From NCBI GenBank assembly GCA_965216875.1, contig OZ244207.1, positions 2,336,001 to 2,400,000 of the forward strand: a stretch of 64,000 bases of DNA, read 5' to 3'. The DNA comes from Rubripirellula sp. Its GTDB lineage: Bacteria > Planctomycetota > Planctomycetia > Pirellulales > Pirellulaceae. A program made the position numbers and the translations under genes. This document shows, piece after piece, positions 10,788 to 20,942 of the stretch (within the stretch, counting starts at the first letter, position 1; each line of letters starts with the position of its first letter). The notes beneath the pieces were generated by a model. The model was given only the letters and a program-made list of their open reading frames with translations. It searched no databases and was not told where the DNA came from.

Positions 10788-11810
10788 CTAATTTTCTGAG
10801 CTGACGTTTTCTGAAGTCTTTGACTTTCGGTCGACTTCCGCCGCCAGCTCTTCCTTGATCGCCTCCAACACCCAGGGGTCGGGCACGTTCTCTTTCCCAG
10901 TTACGAGAAACGCGAAGTTGTCAGCGAGAATCTCTTCGGGGTGAACGATATAGCGAGTGTTCCTACCAATCTGGCGTTTGAAGTCAGGAAAATAGGGTCG
11001 ATGCAAAATGGGTTTCCCTTCCTTCAAGTTAGCCACCACTTGTTTGCCAACGATCTCCTTCACCTCCAGCAACCGAAACTCCATTGTCGAGAAAAGACTC
11101 ATGCCTCGATTCGCGTCATATTCGCGTTCTGAGAAGACAACCGGCGCGACCGTGATCTTCTTGTCACCTTCCATTTTGATGTCCATCACGTGCGCGATCG
11201 TTGGCGCATCTGGGTTGGTAAGCTTCAACTCCTTCATCGCATCGGGAAAGGTAAACCCGCGACGGTAGAAACCGATCCTCTTGTAAAGTGCATCGCGCAT
11301 GTCGGGATGATGCCTCGAGAGAACGTGAAACAACTCGTGCGCCATCACACTTCGTTTACGTCGATCCGATGTGCCGACTTCACCGGGCGGTAAGATGATC
11401 GCGTTACTTCGCGTGTAGGCCGCTCCGGCTTCTTCACTTCCGTCGGTGTGCACAATCAGGATCTTCTCCATCGTTGGCATCTTGAGTTCGCCAAGCCTTT
11501 CTGAAATGTCCCCGAGTGCATTGGCGATCGAATCCCTGGCATCCTTTGGCCAATCGCGCGCCGCCTGGGCGGCAAATCCCAGGTACGCGTCGCGCCCCGG
11601 ATCCTCGACCGATTGCATTCTCACTTGACGATCAAAAAGACTCATTTGCTTGACGTATTCGTCCTCGCGACCGAGGACGTCGCTGCCTTGCTTGGCGGTC
11701 GCAAATTCGAACAAAAACGGACCGACTTGAACGGTGTCCGCCGCCCGAATTCCGTGCGGCAGGAGCGTGGTCAACGCCAGAGAGAAAAAGAAAACTCGGA
11801 ACAAAAACAT
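10788..11810 (-). CDS. Secreted hypothetical protein with HExxH motif (zincin-like metalloprotein)
   Basis: Signal peptide; AAYTR; MAHELFHVLSR; distal HPEEILADNF. Confidence 0.7.
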   Translation of the reverse strand: MFLFRVFFFSLALTTLLPHGIRAADTVQVGPFLFEFATAKQGSDVLGREDEYVKQMSLFDRQVRMQSVEDPGRDAYLGFAAQAARDWPKDARDSIANALGDISERLGELKMPTMEKILIVHTDGSEEAGAAYTRSNAIILPPGEVGTSDRRKRSVMAHELFHVLSRHHPDMRDALYKRIGFYRRGFTFPDAMKELKLTNPDAPTIAHVMDIKMEGDKKITVAPVVFSEREYDANRGMSLFSTMEFRLLEVKEIVGKQVVANLKEGKPILHRPYFPDFKRQIGRNTRYIVHPEEILADNFAFLVTGKENVPDPWVLEAIKEELAAEVDRKSKTSENVSSEN

Positions 11811-11936
11811 GGGGTCAGCGCCGTTGCGTTAGAAACTTCCTTTACCGATTGCGCCCTCAGGCTATCAGATCTGTGCCAGGAAGGGGTCCGTTTTTGACGC
11901 GTCAGTTATGATGGGACTCGAACAAGGAGCACGGTT

Positions 11937-12674
11937 TTGTTGGAGACAATGCACTTGAGTGAACAACTCGCTGTCCTGCGCGAATGTGCCGATCGAATTG
12001 AAGCAGAAACGATTCGCATCCGGCTTGAGTCTGACGACATTCGCGTTTTCATCACTGGCACGGATGCAGCCACAGCGCTCGGGCTCGGTGGCGCCGGGAC
12101 GAATCGCCTCGTCCGCGTCGAAGTCCCCGAGAGTGAACTGGTGCGCGCACACGAGTTGCTGCTGGCGGACGAAATGCGCATGGTCGAACAAGGTCCATGG
12201 ATCTGCGGGCGCTGCCGGGAAGACAACGACGCGTCGTTTGACATCTGCTGGAGCTGCGCCAAACCAAGGCAGGAAAGTGACCAACAAGGGCGCCGAGCGG
12301 ATCAGACCAAACCAGTCCCTGCCGCCGGGTTCGCGGAAACGCAGACCGAAGAGGAAACGGTCGCCGTCCTCGATCGCAATCCCTATTCACCAACACACCT
12401 CGCCGAAACCGCGACGCGAACGAAAGAAGAACCTGACTACGAAGAGCATGCTGAGGAGAATCGGGCAAATGTTCGTCGCGCGCTGCTTTCGTCCGTGATG
12501 GGCGTGATGATCCTGATCCCCTTGATCAGCTTCTATTCGATCTTTCTACTTTGCCGAGTGGCTGGCACGGGAGCCTACCGCGATCCTGAGCTGAGCGGGC
12601 GATGCTGGATCGCATGGGGCGTCAATTTCTTGGCGTTGGGCGTTCAAGCGTTCGTCTTTCTCGGCATCGGCTAG
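11937..12674 (+). CDS. DUF2007-like N-terminal domain, RanBP2-type Zn ribbon and two C-terminal TM helices
   Basis: EAETIRIRLESDDIRV..VRVEVPESELVRA; WICGRC..N..FDICWSC; NPYSP; hydrophobic C-terminus. Confidence 0.7.
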   Translation: MLETMHLSEQLAVLRECADRIEAETIRIRLESDDIRVFITGTDAATALGLGGAGTNRLVRVEVPESELVRAHELLLADEMRMVEQGPWICGRCREDNDASFDICWSCAKPRQESDQQGRRADQTKPVPAAGFAETQTEEETVAVLDRNPYSPTHLAETATRTKEEPDYEEHAEENRANVRRALLSSVMGVMILIPLISFYSIFLLCRVAGTGAYRDPELSGRCWIAWGVNFLALGVQAFVFLGIG

Positions 12675-12757
12675 CAACTGGCCTTTCGCTTCACGCAACA
12701 CTCTACGCTTTGGCGAGCGCAGCTAGCTCCGCCGGTGGTCCCGACGCTGGGCTCTCA

Positions 12758-12885
12758 CCGTTCGTAGTACCGAGCTTTAGCCGGAATCTCCTCGTCACGA
12801 AGATCGGGGACGCAGAGCGTCCCATGTGTCCGTTACCACGCAGAGCGTGGTAACGAGGGAGGCCTAAAGGCTCTACTACAAACGG
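12758..12885. repeat. Nested REP-like palindromic cluster
   Basis: Outer imperfect inverted arms ccgttcgtagta.. / ..tactacaaacgg enclose the hairpins gggacgcagagcgtccc (12807-12823) and cgttaccacgcagagcgtggtaacg (12831-12855). Confidence 0.7.
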
Positions 12886-12916
12886 CGCGATCAACGTAGC
12901 GACGGCGCGATCGAAG

Positions 12917-14014
12917 CTAGATGATCAACATCGCATCGCCGTAACTGTAAAACCGATACTCTTGCGCGATCGCGGTTCGGTAGGCGTGAAGCGCCAGGTC
13001 GCGTGAAGCGAACGCGCTGACGAGCACCAAGAGCGAACTCTTGGGAAGATGAAAGTTGGTCATCAGGGCGTCGACCGCATTGAACTGGTACGGCGGACGT
13101 ATGAAGAGATCGGTTAGGCCTGTCCATGGCTGTAGCTCGCCACCCGACGCGGCACACGCACTTTCCAAAACACGAACGCTTGTGGTCCCCACAGCAACGC
13201 AGCGACCTCCGCCCGCGCGGCGTTCTCGAATTTGATCGACTGTGATTGAATCGATTTGCCCCCACTCTTCGTGCATCTCGTGCTGGTCAAGTGAATCGGT
13301 TTGGATCGGGCGAAAGGTACCAATCCCGACATGAAGCGTCACTTCACAGGTCGCCGTTTGACCTTTTCGAATGCTCTCAAGAAGCGAGTCGGTGAAATGC
13401 AGGCCAGCTGTCGGCGCCGCAACACTGCCGCGTTGTTTCGCAAAGACTGTTTGGTAGCTGGCGATATCCGAGTCGACCATTTGGCCATCGCGAATGTAGG
13501 GCGGCAAAGGAATCCGTCCATACCGCTGTAACCAATCGGCTGGTTCAACAAGATCATCGGTGCTTTCGTTCTCATGCGGGACATAGTTGTCCGGCATCTG
13601 CGGAGTCACCAATAGCTTTCCGTCATCCGTGCGCGCGACCACAAGCAACTGCATACTATCTCGCGCGTTGCGATCTTGGATCGTGATCGTCTCGCCCGCT
13701 TTCAGCTTGCCCCGAGTCTTGGTCAGCACTTCCCAAATGCCGCTTTCTCGATCAGCGCGTAGAAAAAGCCCTTGCCAGCGCCCCTTGGTTTCCGTGCGAT
13801 ACCCGACCAATCGAGCCGGGACCACCTTGCTGTTGTTCATCACCAAGGCATCATCGGCCCGCAAGAGATCGGGAAGATCCCGAACGTGATAGTGGTCGAT
13901 GGTTTCGGTCGCCCGATCCACCAGCATCAACCGCGCGTCACTGCGGACGGGCAACGGGTCTTGTGCAATCAGGTTTCGGGGCAGGTCGTAGTCGTAGGCA
14001 TCCAGCTCGTTCAT
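12917..14014 (-). CDS. queA: S-adenosylmethionine:tRNA ribosyltransferase-isomerase
   Basis: YDYDLP..IAQ, PLPPYI, YQTVFA..GSVAAPTAGLHF, TLHVGIGTF, VGTTSVR, TNFHLPKSSL, YRFYSYGDAM. Confidence 0.97.
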   Translation of the reverse strand: MNELDAYDYDLPRNLIAQDPLPVRSDARLMLVDRATETIDHYHVRDLPDLLRADDALVMNNSKVVPARLVGYRTETKGRWQGLFLRADRESGIWEVLTKTRGKLKAGETITIQDRNARDSMQLLVVARTDDGKLLVTPQMPDNYVPHENESTDDLVEPADWLQRYGRIPLPPYIRDGQMVDSDIASYQTVFAKQRGSVAAPTAGLHFTDSLLESIRKGQTATCEVTLHVGIGTFRPIQTDSLDQHEMHEEWGQIDSITVDQIRERRAGGGRCVAVGTTSVRVLESACAASGGELQPWTGLTDLFIRPPYQFNAVDALMTNFHLPKSSLLVLVSAFASRDLALHAYRTAIAQEYRFYSYGDAMLII

Positions 14015-14091
14015 CGCCAAAGTCTAGCAACTCGGCCCAATATTCTAGAGGGGCCCAACCGCGGGCCTACGTAAAACCAAACAACTTCCGA

Positions 14092-14421
14092 CTACGGACG
14101 TGGGTATTTTTCGGCGTTGCGAATCATCTTGGCTTTCAAGGCACTCGAAACATCGATTTCCATCGTATTTGCGAGCGCGAGGATGTACGACAAGCAATCG
14201 GCCAGCTCCTCTTCGACCTCGTGCTTCTTCGCCGGATCCTCGCCGACCGCTTGACACTCCTCGGGCGTCAACCACTGAAAGTGCTCCATCAACTCCCCCA
14301 CCTCGATCGCAAGCGACATGGTCAGATTCTTGGGGGTGTGGAATTGACGCCAATTTCGCTCATCAACGAACGTTTGCACGACTCCCCGCAGCTCGGAAAC
14401 GGTGGTCGATTCGTCAGACAT
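14092..14421 (-). CDS. MazG-like nucleotide pyrophosphohydrolase (dCTP pyrophosphatase type)
   Basis: FVDERNWRQFHTPKNL..EVGELMEHFQW..EELAD..KMIRNAEKYP. Confidence 0.9.
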   Translation of the reverse strand: MSDESTTVSELRGVVQTFVDERNWRQFHTPKNLTMSLAIEVGELMEHFQWLTPEECQAVGEDPAKKHEVEEELADCLSYILALANTMEIDVSSALKAKMIRNAEKYPRP

Positions 14422-14683
14422 TGAGGCCTTCGGGGGATTCGAGAATGTGATCAGGCGGGATGAGGCCTGTGGGCATACAGCCGACACCCTAACGAGTGAG
14501 TCCCGGGCAAATTCACCGTAGATTCACCGCGAATTCGCAAACGGGCTCCAAATGATGCCAGGTCGGCGAACCGGGAGATCTATTGTACGGTGTTGTACCG
14601 AAGAGCAAGGGTCGCCTCGTCCTCGCGCCCCATTGCCACGAGAAATTGACCAACTGCCAAACATCGAGATCTGAAACGAATTC

Positions 14684-16117
14684 ATGCCACGTGACTTTTT
14701 GAAAGGTGCTGCGGACGAATATGACGTCATCGTGATTGGCAGCGGGTTGGCCGGAATGACGTCGGCTAACATTCTCGGCCGCGCTGGCCACCGCGTGCTG
14801 CTGCTTGAACAGCACTACAAACTCGGTGGCTTAGCAACTTGGTTCCTGCGTCCCGGAGGCCACATCTTTGACATTTCGTTGCACGGCTTTCCGCACGGGA
14901 TGGTCAAGTCATGTCGCCGCTACTGGAACCGCGACATCGCTGACCGAATCGTCCAGCTAAAAAACATTCGCTTCGATAACCCACAGTTCTCGCTAACGAC
15001 AACGTTCAATCGCGAGGACTTTACGCGGTTGCTTACCACCGACTTCGGTATCGAACCCGCAACGGTAAACGACTTTTTTGATACCGCGCGGGGAATGAAT
15101 TTCTACGACGATCAAACCACCACCACGCGTCAACTTTTTGACCGCTTCTTTCCTGGGCGTGACGATGTCGTTCGGTTGTTGATGGAACCGATCACCTATG
15201 CCAACGGATCCACACTCGAAGACCCAGCGATCACCTACGGAATCGTTTTTAGTAACTTCATGAGCAAAGGAGTCTTCATCTACGAAGGCGGCACCGAAGA
15301 CCTGGTTGCCCGGATGAAGAAGGAACTCGAATCAAACAACGTTGACATTCGCATCAATTGCCCCGTCGAAAAGATCCATGTCAAAGACGGACGGGTTGCC
15401 TCGGTTGATGTGGGCGGACGCAATATCCGTTGCAAAGCGATTGTTAGTAACGCAAATTTGCGATCCACCGTGCTGAACATGCTCGGTTCGGAAGTGCTCG
15501 ATAATGACTACGTCGAGCGCACCAACGATGTGCGACTCAATAACAGCAGCACTCAGGTCTACATGGCGCTGAAACCTGGCGAAGAGATCGACGAATCCTC
15601 GGGCGACCTCTTCTTTACCAGCACGGCAAACGAATTCCGCACCGACCTCCTGCTGAGTCGTGACATCACTAGCCGCACGTTTAGTTTCTACTATCCGAGA
15701 ACTCGGCCAACGAAAAAGAAACGGTTTGCAATCGTCAGTAGCACCAATGCGAACTGGTCGGATTGGGCCGACCTCAATGAAGAGGACTACAAGGCGAGCA
15801 AGGAAGATTTGGTTCAGACGACCATCGATGCGCTCGAGAAATACATCCCCGGCGTGCGGGACAAAATCGAGCACGCGGAAGCCGCGACGCCTTGCACGTT
15901 CAACCACTACACGCGACACGAACTCGGCGCGAGCTTTGGAACCAAATTCGAAGGACTCGCCGTCAGCCGCGAATTGCCCCAACAGGTCGGCGGAATGTAC
16001 CACGCAGGTAGCGTGGGGATCATCATGAGTGGCTGGCTCGGAGCGATCAATTATGGCGTGATCGTATCGAACGAAGTCGACGGCATGCTGACGGCCCAAA
16101 GCGCACACACGCCGTAA
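14684..16117 (+). CDS. Phytoene desaturase-family FAD-dependent oxidoreductase
   Basis: [12 protein letters not shown] dinucleotide motif; [32 protein letters not shown]. Confidence 0.85.
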   Translation: MPRDFLKGAADEYDVIVIGSGLAGMTSANILGRAGHRVLLLEQHYKLGGLATWFLRPGGHIFDISLHGFPHGMVKSCRRYWNRDIADRIVQLKNIRFDNPQFSLTTTFNREDFTRLLTTDFGIEPATVNDFFDTARGMNFYDDQTTTTRQLFDRFFPGRDDVVRLLMEPITYANGSTLEDPAITYGIVFSNFMSKGVFIYEGGTEDLVARMKKELESNNVDIRINCPVEKIHVKDGRVASVDVGGRNIRCKAIVSNANLRSTVLNMLGSEVLDNDYVERTNDVRLNNSSTQVYMALKPGEEIDESSGDLFFTSTANEFRTDLLLSRDITSRTFSFYYPRTRPTKKKRFAIVSSTNANWSDWADLNEEDYKASKEDLVQTTIDALEKYIPGVRDKIEHAEAATPCTFNHYTRHELGASFGTKFEGLAVSRELPQQVGGMYHAGSVGIIMSGWLGAINYGVIVSNEVDGMLTAQSAHTP

Positions 16118-16174
16118 GTGGACGCGGTTTGTGAGCGAGCCGCTGGCACTAGGCTTCGAAACTACGCACGTTAG

Positions 16175-16281
16175 CACTCTCCCTTGGGAGAGTCGGGCTC
16201 TAAGGCCCGGAGAGGGTTTGTGTTGTAGGAACCATTCCCTCCCCGGACTTTGCGTCCGACCCTCCCGCAAGCGGGAGGGTG
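16175..16281. repeat. Inverted pair of composite hairpin repeats
   Basis: The left arm cactctcccttgggagagtcgggc..gcccggagaggg (16175-16216) mirrors the reverse complement of the right arm ccctccccggac..gtccgaccctcccgcaagcgggagggtg (16237-16281). Confidence 0.65.
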
Positions 16282-16914
16282 ATTGGTCGAGCGTTACCGC
16301 GTTGGGCTGAGGAGTCGCGTGTTTTTTTGCGCAAACGTCGCCTCGTTATCCTCAGTAAGGCCTACGAGCCCATCTTCCGTACAAGCGTTCACTAAACCGC
16401 ACCGCACCACCCCTCTTCCGAACACACCAGCAACACCCGCATGGGCTAATTGCGGCACTTTCTTGATCGTATTGAGTACAGGTCAGGGTGCATTGCGTTC
16501 ACGTTGCGACCAGCCAATGCCGATGAACAAGCCTGATCGTTAAGGTTCCTACAACCGGTTCGGTTTGACGCTTGCATTGCTGGCGGGTAACCTACCCGTC
16601 GCTGTGAAGGTGCTTAGGGAGATGACTCCGACTAAGCTAGAACCTTTACTTCGATCATCCCCCCAACACCCGATGCATGACTCGAAACGCTACACGCGGA
16701 TTTCAAGCCACATTGGGCCCCGCCTTAAAACGTTGCCTTGTCGTCCTAAGTCGTCCTTTTGGCGATAGCAACATCCTCAAATTCGAGACTCGTTTGAAAA
16801 CCAACTTTCAACAGCTCGTATTTCATCAACCAGCAGGTCGCCAACGAAAAGCGTGGGCTGACCTTACAACCATCGCTCACGTTTGACGGTAACAATCACG
16901 GGAGATTTACAGGC

Positions 16915-18219
16915 ATGCGTTGTCACGGAAACCCATTTGGCCGACGAGGATTCCTCGCCGCAGGAGCTTTCGGTGGACTCGGAATCTCATTGCCCCAGCT
17001 TCTATGGATGGAGCAAGCGGCCGCCGAGCAAAAACACTACGACTTCATCGAGGCGAAAGCCAAGAGCGTGATCCATATCTACCTTCCTGGTGGAATGGCT
17101 CATCAAGAAAGTTGGGACCCCAAACCCTACAGCCCGCTCGAATACCGCGGCGAAATGAAACCTGTGAAAACCAACACAGGTGAAATCTTCTGCGAATCGA
17201 TTCCCAAGCTCTCAAAGATCGCTGACAAACTTTGCGTCATTCGTTCGATGACGCATGGCGAAGCGGCTCACGAGCGCGGCACCCACAACATGTTCACTGG
17301 CTACAAGCCAAGCCCCGCCCTGAAGTACCCCAGCTTTGGTGCAGTGGTCAGCCACGAATACGGTCCTCGGGACAACATGCCGCCGTATGTTTGCATTCCA
17401 AACCAACCGAACGAGTTCGCCGGCACCGGCTACCTCAGTTCATCGTTTGGCCCCTTCTCGTTGGGAAGTGACCCTGCCAGCAATGGTTTCAAGGTTCGCG
17501 ACCTCGACCTCTACAGCGGCGTTGATCAAGAACGATTTGCACGTCGTCAATCGGCCCTCGCATCGGTCAACAAGAAGTTTGGCACGGTAACCAACTCTGA
17601 CAATGTGTCGGCGATGGATACCTTCTACGAGCGAGCCTACAACTTGCTCAGCAGCCAAGAAGCAAAGGTCGCATTCGACCTGAGCAAAGAAGACGACAAG
17701 ATGAAAGACGCGTACGGCAAGAATCAAGCCGGCCAGCGTCTCCTGATGGCTCGTCGACTGGTCGAAGCAGGTTGCCGCTTGGTCACCTTGACCTACGGTG
17801 GCTGGGACATGCACCAGGGGATCACCGCTGCGATGAATCGCACGATGCCACCTCTGGATCAAGCGCTCAGCAAGTTGATCACCGATTTGGACGAACGCGG
17901 AATGCTGGACAGCACGCTGGTCATGGTCAGCAGCGAGTTTGGCCGCACGCCAAAGATCAACAAAGACGCAGGTCGTGATCACTATCCAAAGGTCTTCAGC
18001 GTCATGCTTGCCGGTGGCGGCATTAAGGGCGGCACCATTTACGGTTCGTCCAACGCAACCGCTTCCGAGCCTGAGTTTGATCCCGTTGGCCCCGAGGATC
18101 TGGCAACCACGATGTATCACCAAATGGGCATCGTTGCTGACAAGGAACTGATGGCACCTGGCGACCGCCCCATCGAGATCGTCGATGGCGGCAAAGTGCT
18201 GACCGACATCATCGCCTAG
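16915..18219 (+). CDS. DUF1501 domain protein (Tat-exported)
   Basis: GRRGFL Tat motif; AKSVIHIYLPGG..WDPKP; ARRLVEAG; GWDMH; EFGRTPKIN..GRDH; GGAGA RBS upstream. Confidence 0.93.
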   Translation: MRCHGNPFGRRGFLAAGAFGGLGISLPQLLWMEQAAAEQKHYDFIEAKAKSVIHIYLPGGMAHQESWDPKPYSPLEYRGEMKPVKTNTGEIFCESIPKLSKIADKLCVIRSMTHGEAAHERGTHNMFTGYKPSPALKYPSFGAVVSHEYGPRDNMPPYVCIPNQPNEFAGTGYLSSSFGPFSLGSDPASNGFKVRDLDLYSGVDQERFARRQSALASVNKKFGTVTNSDNVSAMDTFYERAYNLLSSQEAKVAFDLSKEDDKMKDAYGKNQAGQRLLMARRLVEAGCRLVTLTYGGWDMHQGITAAMNRTMPPLDQALSKLITDLDERGMLDSTLVMVSSEFGRTPKINKDAGRDHYPKVFSVMLAGGGIKGGTIYGSSNATASEPEFDPVGPEDLATTMYHQMGIVADKELMAPGDRPIEIVDGGKVLTDIIA

Positions 18220-18395
18220 TGCGATGGAAGTGAGACCGCGCGGGGGGATTTCCGCGCGGGATTTGGGAATCGTCTCACGGAAGACATCCGTCCTCGATTC
18301 AGATCTGACTTCGATTTGAACTAGGACCTGGGGCTTCCGTGAATCGAATCCCGCCAGACAACCCCAATGCCTCCAATCGCAAAATCCCTTCACTC

Positions 18396-20831
18396 ATGCA
18401 TCGCCCCCTCCTGACCCTTTCGTGCTTGAGTCTGTTTCTGTTCGCATCGGTTGCCGATGCGTATCGCCCTGAGATCTCAGGCACGCTACCGCGCGGACTC
18501 CAGCGCGGGACCACTGCTACCGTTGTCTTGCAAGGCAACCGCATCAAGGATGCTCGCCAAATCTTGATGGACAAAGGTGGTGCAAACATCAAGTCGATCA
18601 AAGCGCTTGATGATCGCAAAGTCGAACTTGAAATCGAGGTCCCCGCCGAAACTCAGCCGGGTCTGTACCCGATGCGTCTGGTCACCGAAACGGGCCTCAG
18701 CAACGTCGTCATGTTCTCGGTCGGCGTCATGCCACAAGTGGACGAGAAGGAGCCCAACAGCGAATTCGCGACTCCCCAAGTTGTCGACAACAACACAACG
18801 ATCGAAGGCGCCGTCGCACGCGAAGATGAAGACTACTACGCCGTGACGCTCAAAGAGGGCCAGCCTTTCACGGCCGAGCTTGAAGGTGTCCGCATCAAGA
18901 AGGGACGAAGCAACCCCTTCTTTGATCCCTACATCGCGATCCTGAACTCCGAGCGTTTTGAGCTGGCAACGAGTGATGACGCGCCGCTGCTTCAACAAGA
19001 CTGCGTCTGCTCGATCCGTGCACCTAAAGATGGCACGTACATTGTCGTCGTACGCGACAGCTCCTTTGGCGGAAACAACGATCGCTACCGCTTGCACGTT
19101 GGTTCGTACCCGCGACCACTTGCGGTGGTGCCTGCAGGTGGTGCCCCTGGTGAACTGGTCGACATGACCTTCATCGCTGCCGGTGGCGAGGCTTGGATCG
19201 ACAAAGTCCAAATGCCAAGTGAAGCCAATGAAGCTTACCCATTGGTCATTTCGGGCGAAGGCGGCACGTCACCGTCACCCAACTTCATTCGCGTTCAACC
19301 GATGCAAAACGTGATTGAAAAGGAATCGAACAATTCGGTGAAAGAGTCGACCCCCGGAACCTTGCCCGCTGCGTTTTGCGGCTCGATTGGCGAACCCGGC
19401 GACACCGATTTTTTCAGCTTCGAAGCGAAGAAGAACCAAACCGTCACGATTCGTTTGTTTGGTCGAAAAACACTGCGGACGGCACTCGACAGTGTCATGA
19501 ACATCTACAACGACAAAGGGGGCCGAGTCGCTGGAAACGACGACACCGGCGGTCCAGACAGTTTCGTTCAGTACAAGATCCCTGCCGACGGCAAGTACCA
19601 CATCGGCATCTATGACCACCTTCGCGGTGGCGGTCCCGAATACGGCTATCGCATTGAAGCGAAGCTCTTCGAACCTCAATTGACCCTGTCGATGCCCGAT
19701 CGTCGACGTTACGAAGCAACCCAAATCAATGTCGCCCAAGGCAATCGCGCCGCAGTGATGATGAACGCCTCTCGCTCTGGATTTGGCGGGCCGATCGACA
19801 TCAGTGCCGAGAACCTTCCCGAGGGTGTCACCCTGACGCCCATTCAAATGCCCGGCAATCGCACTACGGTTCCAGTCCTGGTTACTGCGACGGCCGATGC
19901 AAAACTTGATGGCCGGCTCGTTAACTTCGTTGGCAAGGCCGTTGATAGCCCCAACGTTCCGAGCCGATTCACACAACGACATCAATTGTTGATCGGGCAA
20001 AACAACTCGGTCGTATACGATTACCACGCGGATCGCGGCGCGGTCTCCGTCATTAACAAACTGCCCGTCACCATCTCCGTCACCCAGCCTCAGGTACCAA
20101 TCGTCCGAAATGGAGCGTCGCATGTTGTCGTGAAAGCAAATCGCGACGGCTACGACGGCGACATCTCGGTCCGAATGCTCTACAACCCACCTGGAATCGG
20201 ATCGAGCGGCAGCATCAAGATCCCCAAGGGCAAAGACGAAGCACACATCCCCATCACCGCCAACGGTTCAGCGGCCATCGGCAAGTGGCCGCTAATCGTT
20301 TACGCAAGTGTTGCCGGTAACGAGATTGCTTCCGAGCCAGTGACGCTTGAAATCGCCGACCGAATCTTCAACTTTGGATTCCCCAAAACAAGCAGCGAGC
20401 TCGGCGCCGAGGCGGATGTCTTGGTCAATGTCGAAGTCTTGCGTGAGTTCGAGGGTAAGTGCGAGGTCGAACTTGTTGGCATTCCCGCGGGCGTCACCTG
20501 TGAGAACCCCAAGGCCGAGGTGGGCAACGACACCGAGAAGATTGCGTTCAGCGTCAAGATCGACCCCAAAGCTCGCGTCGGCCAGCACAAGACACTTGTT
20601 GCTCGCGCCAGGATCACGAGCGACAAAGGTGTGATTCAACAGACGCAAGGAACGGGAACGGTGCAAATCGACAAGCCAATCCCCGCTCCGGTGGCGAAGA
20701 AGCCAGAACCGAAAAAGAAAGAGGCTCCCAAGCCAGCCGCTAAGCCTGCGGCCCCCGCAAAACCAAAACCACTTTCCCGAATCGAGCAGCTTCGCAAAAT
20801 GCGCGAAGAGGCTCGCAAACGTGGCGAGTGA
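18396..20831 (+). CDS. Planctomycete PPC (pre-peptidase C-terminal) domain protein
   Basis: Signal peptide; PRGLQRG; EKEPN/EKESNN repeats; DEDYY and DTDFFSF..NDD PPC modules; Pro/Lys-rich tail. Confidence 0.85.
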   Translation: MHRPLLTLSCLSLFLFASVADAYRPEISGTLPRGLQRGTTATVVLQGNRIKDARQILMDKGGANIKSIKALDDRKVELEIEVPAETQPGLYPMRLVTETGLSNVVMFSVGVMPQVDEKEPNSEFATPQVVDNNTTIEGAVAREDEDYYAVTLKEGQPFTAELEGVRIKKGRSNPFFDPYIAILNSERFELATSDDAPLLQQDCVCSIRAPKDGTYIVVVRDSSFGGNNDRYRLHVGSYPRPLAVVPAGGAPGELVDMTFIAAGGEAWIDKVQMPSEANEAYPLVISGEGGTSPSPNFIRVQPMQNVIEKESNNSVKESTPGTLPAAFCGSIGEPGDTDFFSFEAKKNQTVTIRLFGRKTLRTALDSVMNIYNDKGGRVAGNDDTGGPDSFVQYKIPADGKYHIGIYDHLRGGGPEYGYRIEAKLFEPQLTLSMPDRRRYEATQINVAQGNRAAVMMNASRSGFGGPIDISAENLPEGVTLTPIQMPGNRTTVPVLVTATADAKLDGRLVNFVGKAVDSPNVPSRFTQRHQLLIGQNNSVVYDYHADRGAVSVINKLPVTISVTQPQVPIVRNGASHVVVKANRDGYDGDISVRMLYNPPGIGSSGSIKIPKGKDEAHIPITANGSAAIGKWPLIVYASVAGNEIASEPVTLEIADRIFNFGFPKTSSELGAEADVLVNVEVLREFEGKCEVELVGIPAGVTCENPKAEVGNDTEKIAFSVKIDPKARVGQHKTLVARARITSDKGVIQQTQGTGTVQIDKPIPAPVAKKPEPKKKEAPKPAAKPAAPAKPKPLSRIEQLRKMREEARKRGE

Positions 20832-20942
20832 ACACCGTAATTGAACAAACCGAATGATTTGCCCGATGGATGGGCAGCCCCAATACCCATGCTGACATCG
20901 CCACGTTGTTAGCCACCAAAGGAAAGACCCGAAGGTATCACT

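Noticed and set aside
12690..12910. tRNA or other ncRNA next to queA
   Set aside because: No cloverleaf or T-loop consensus; the structure is explained by nested REP-like palindromes.
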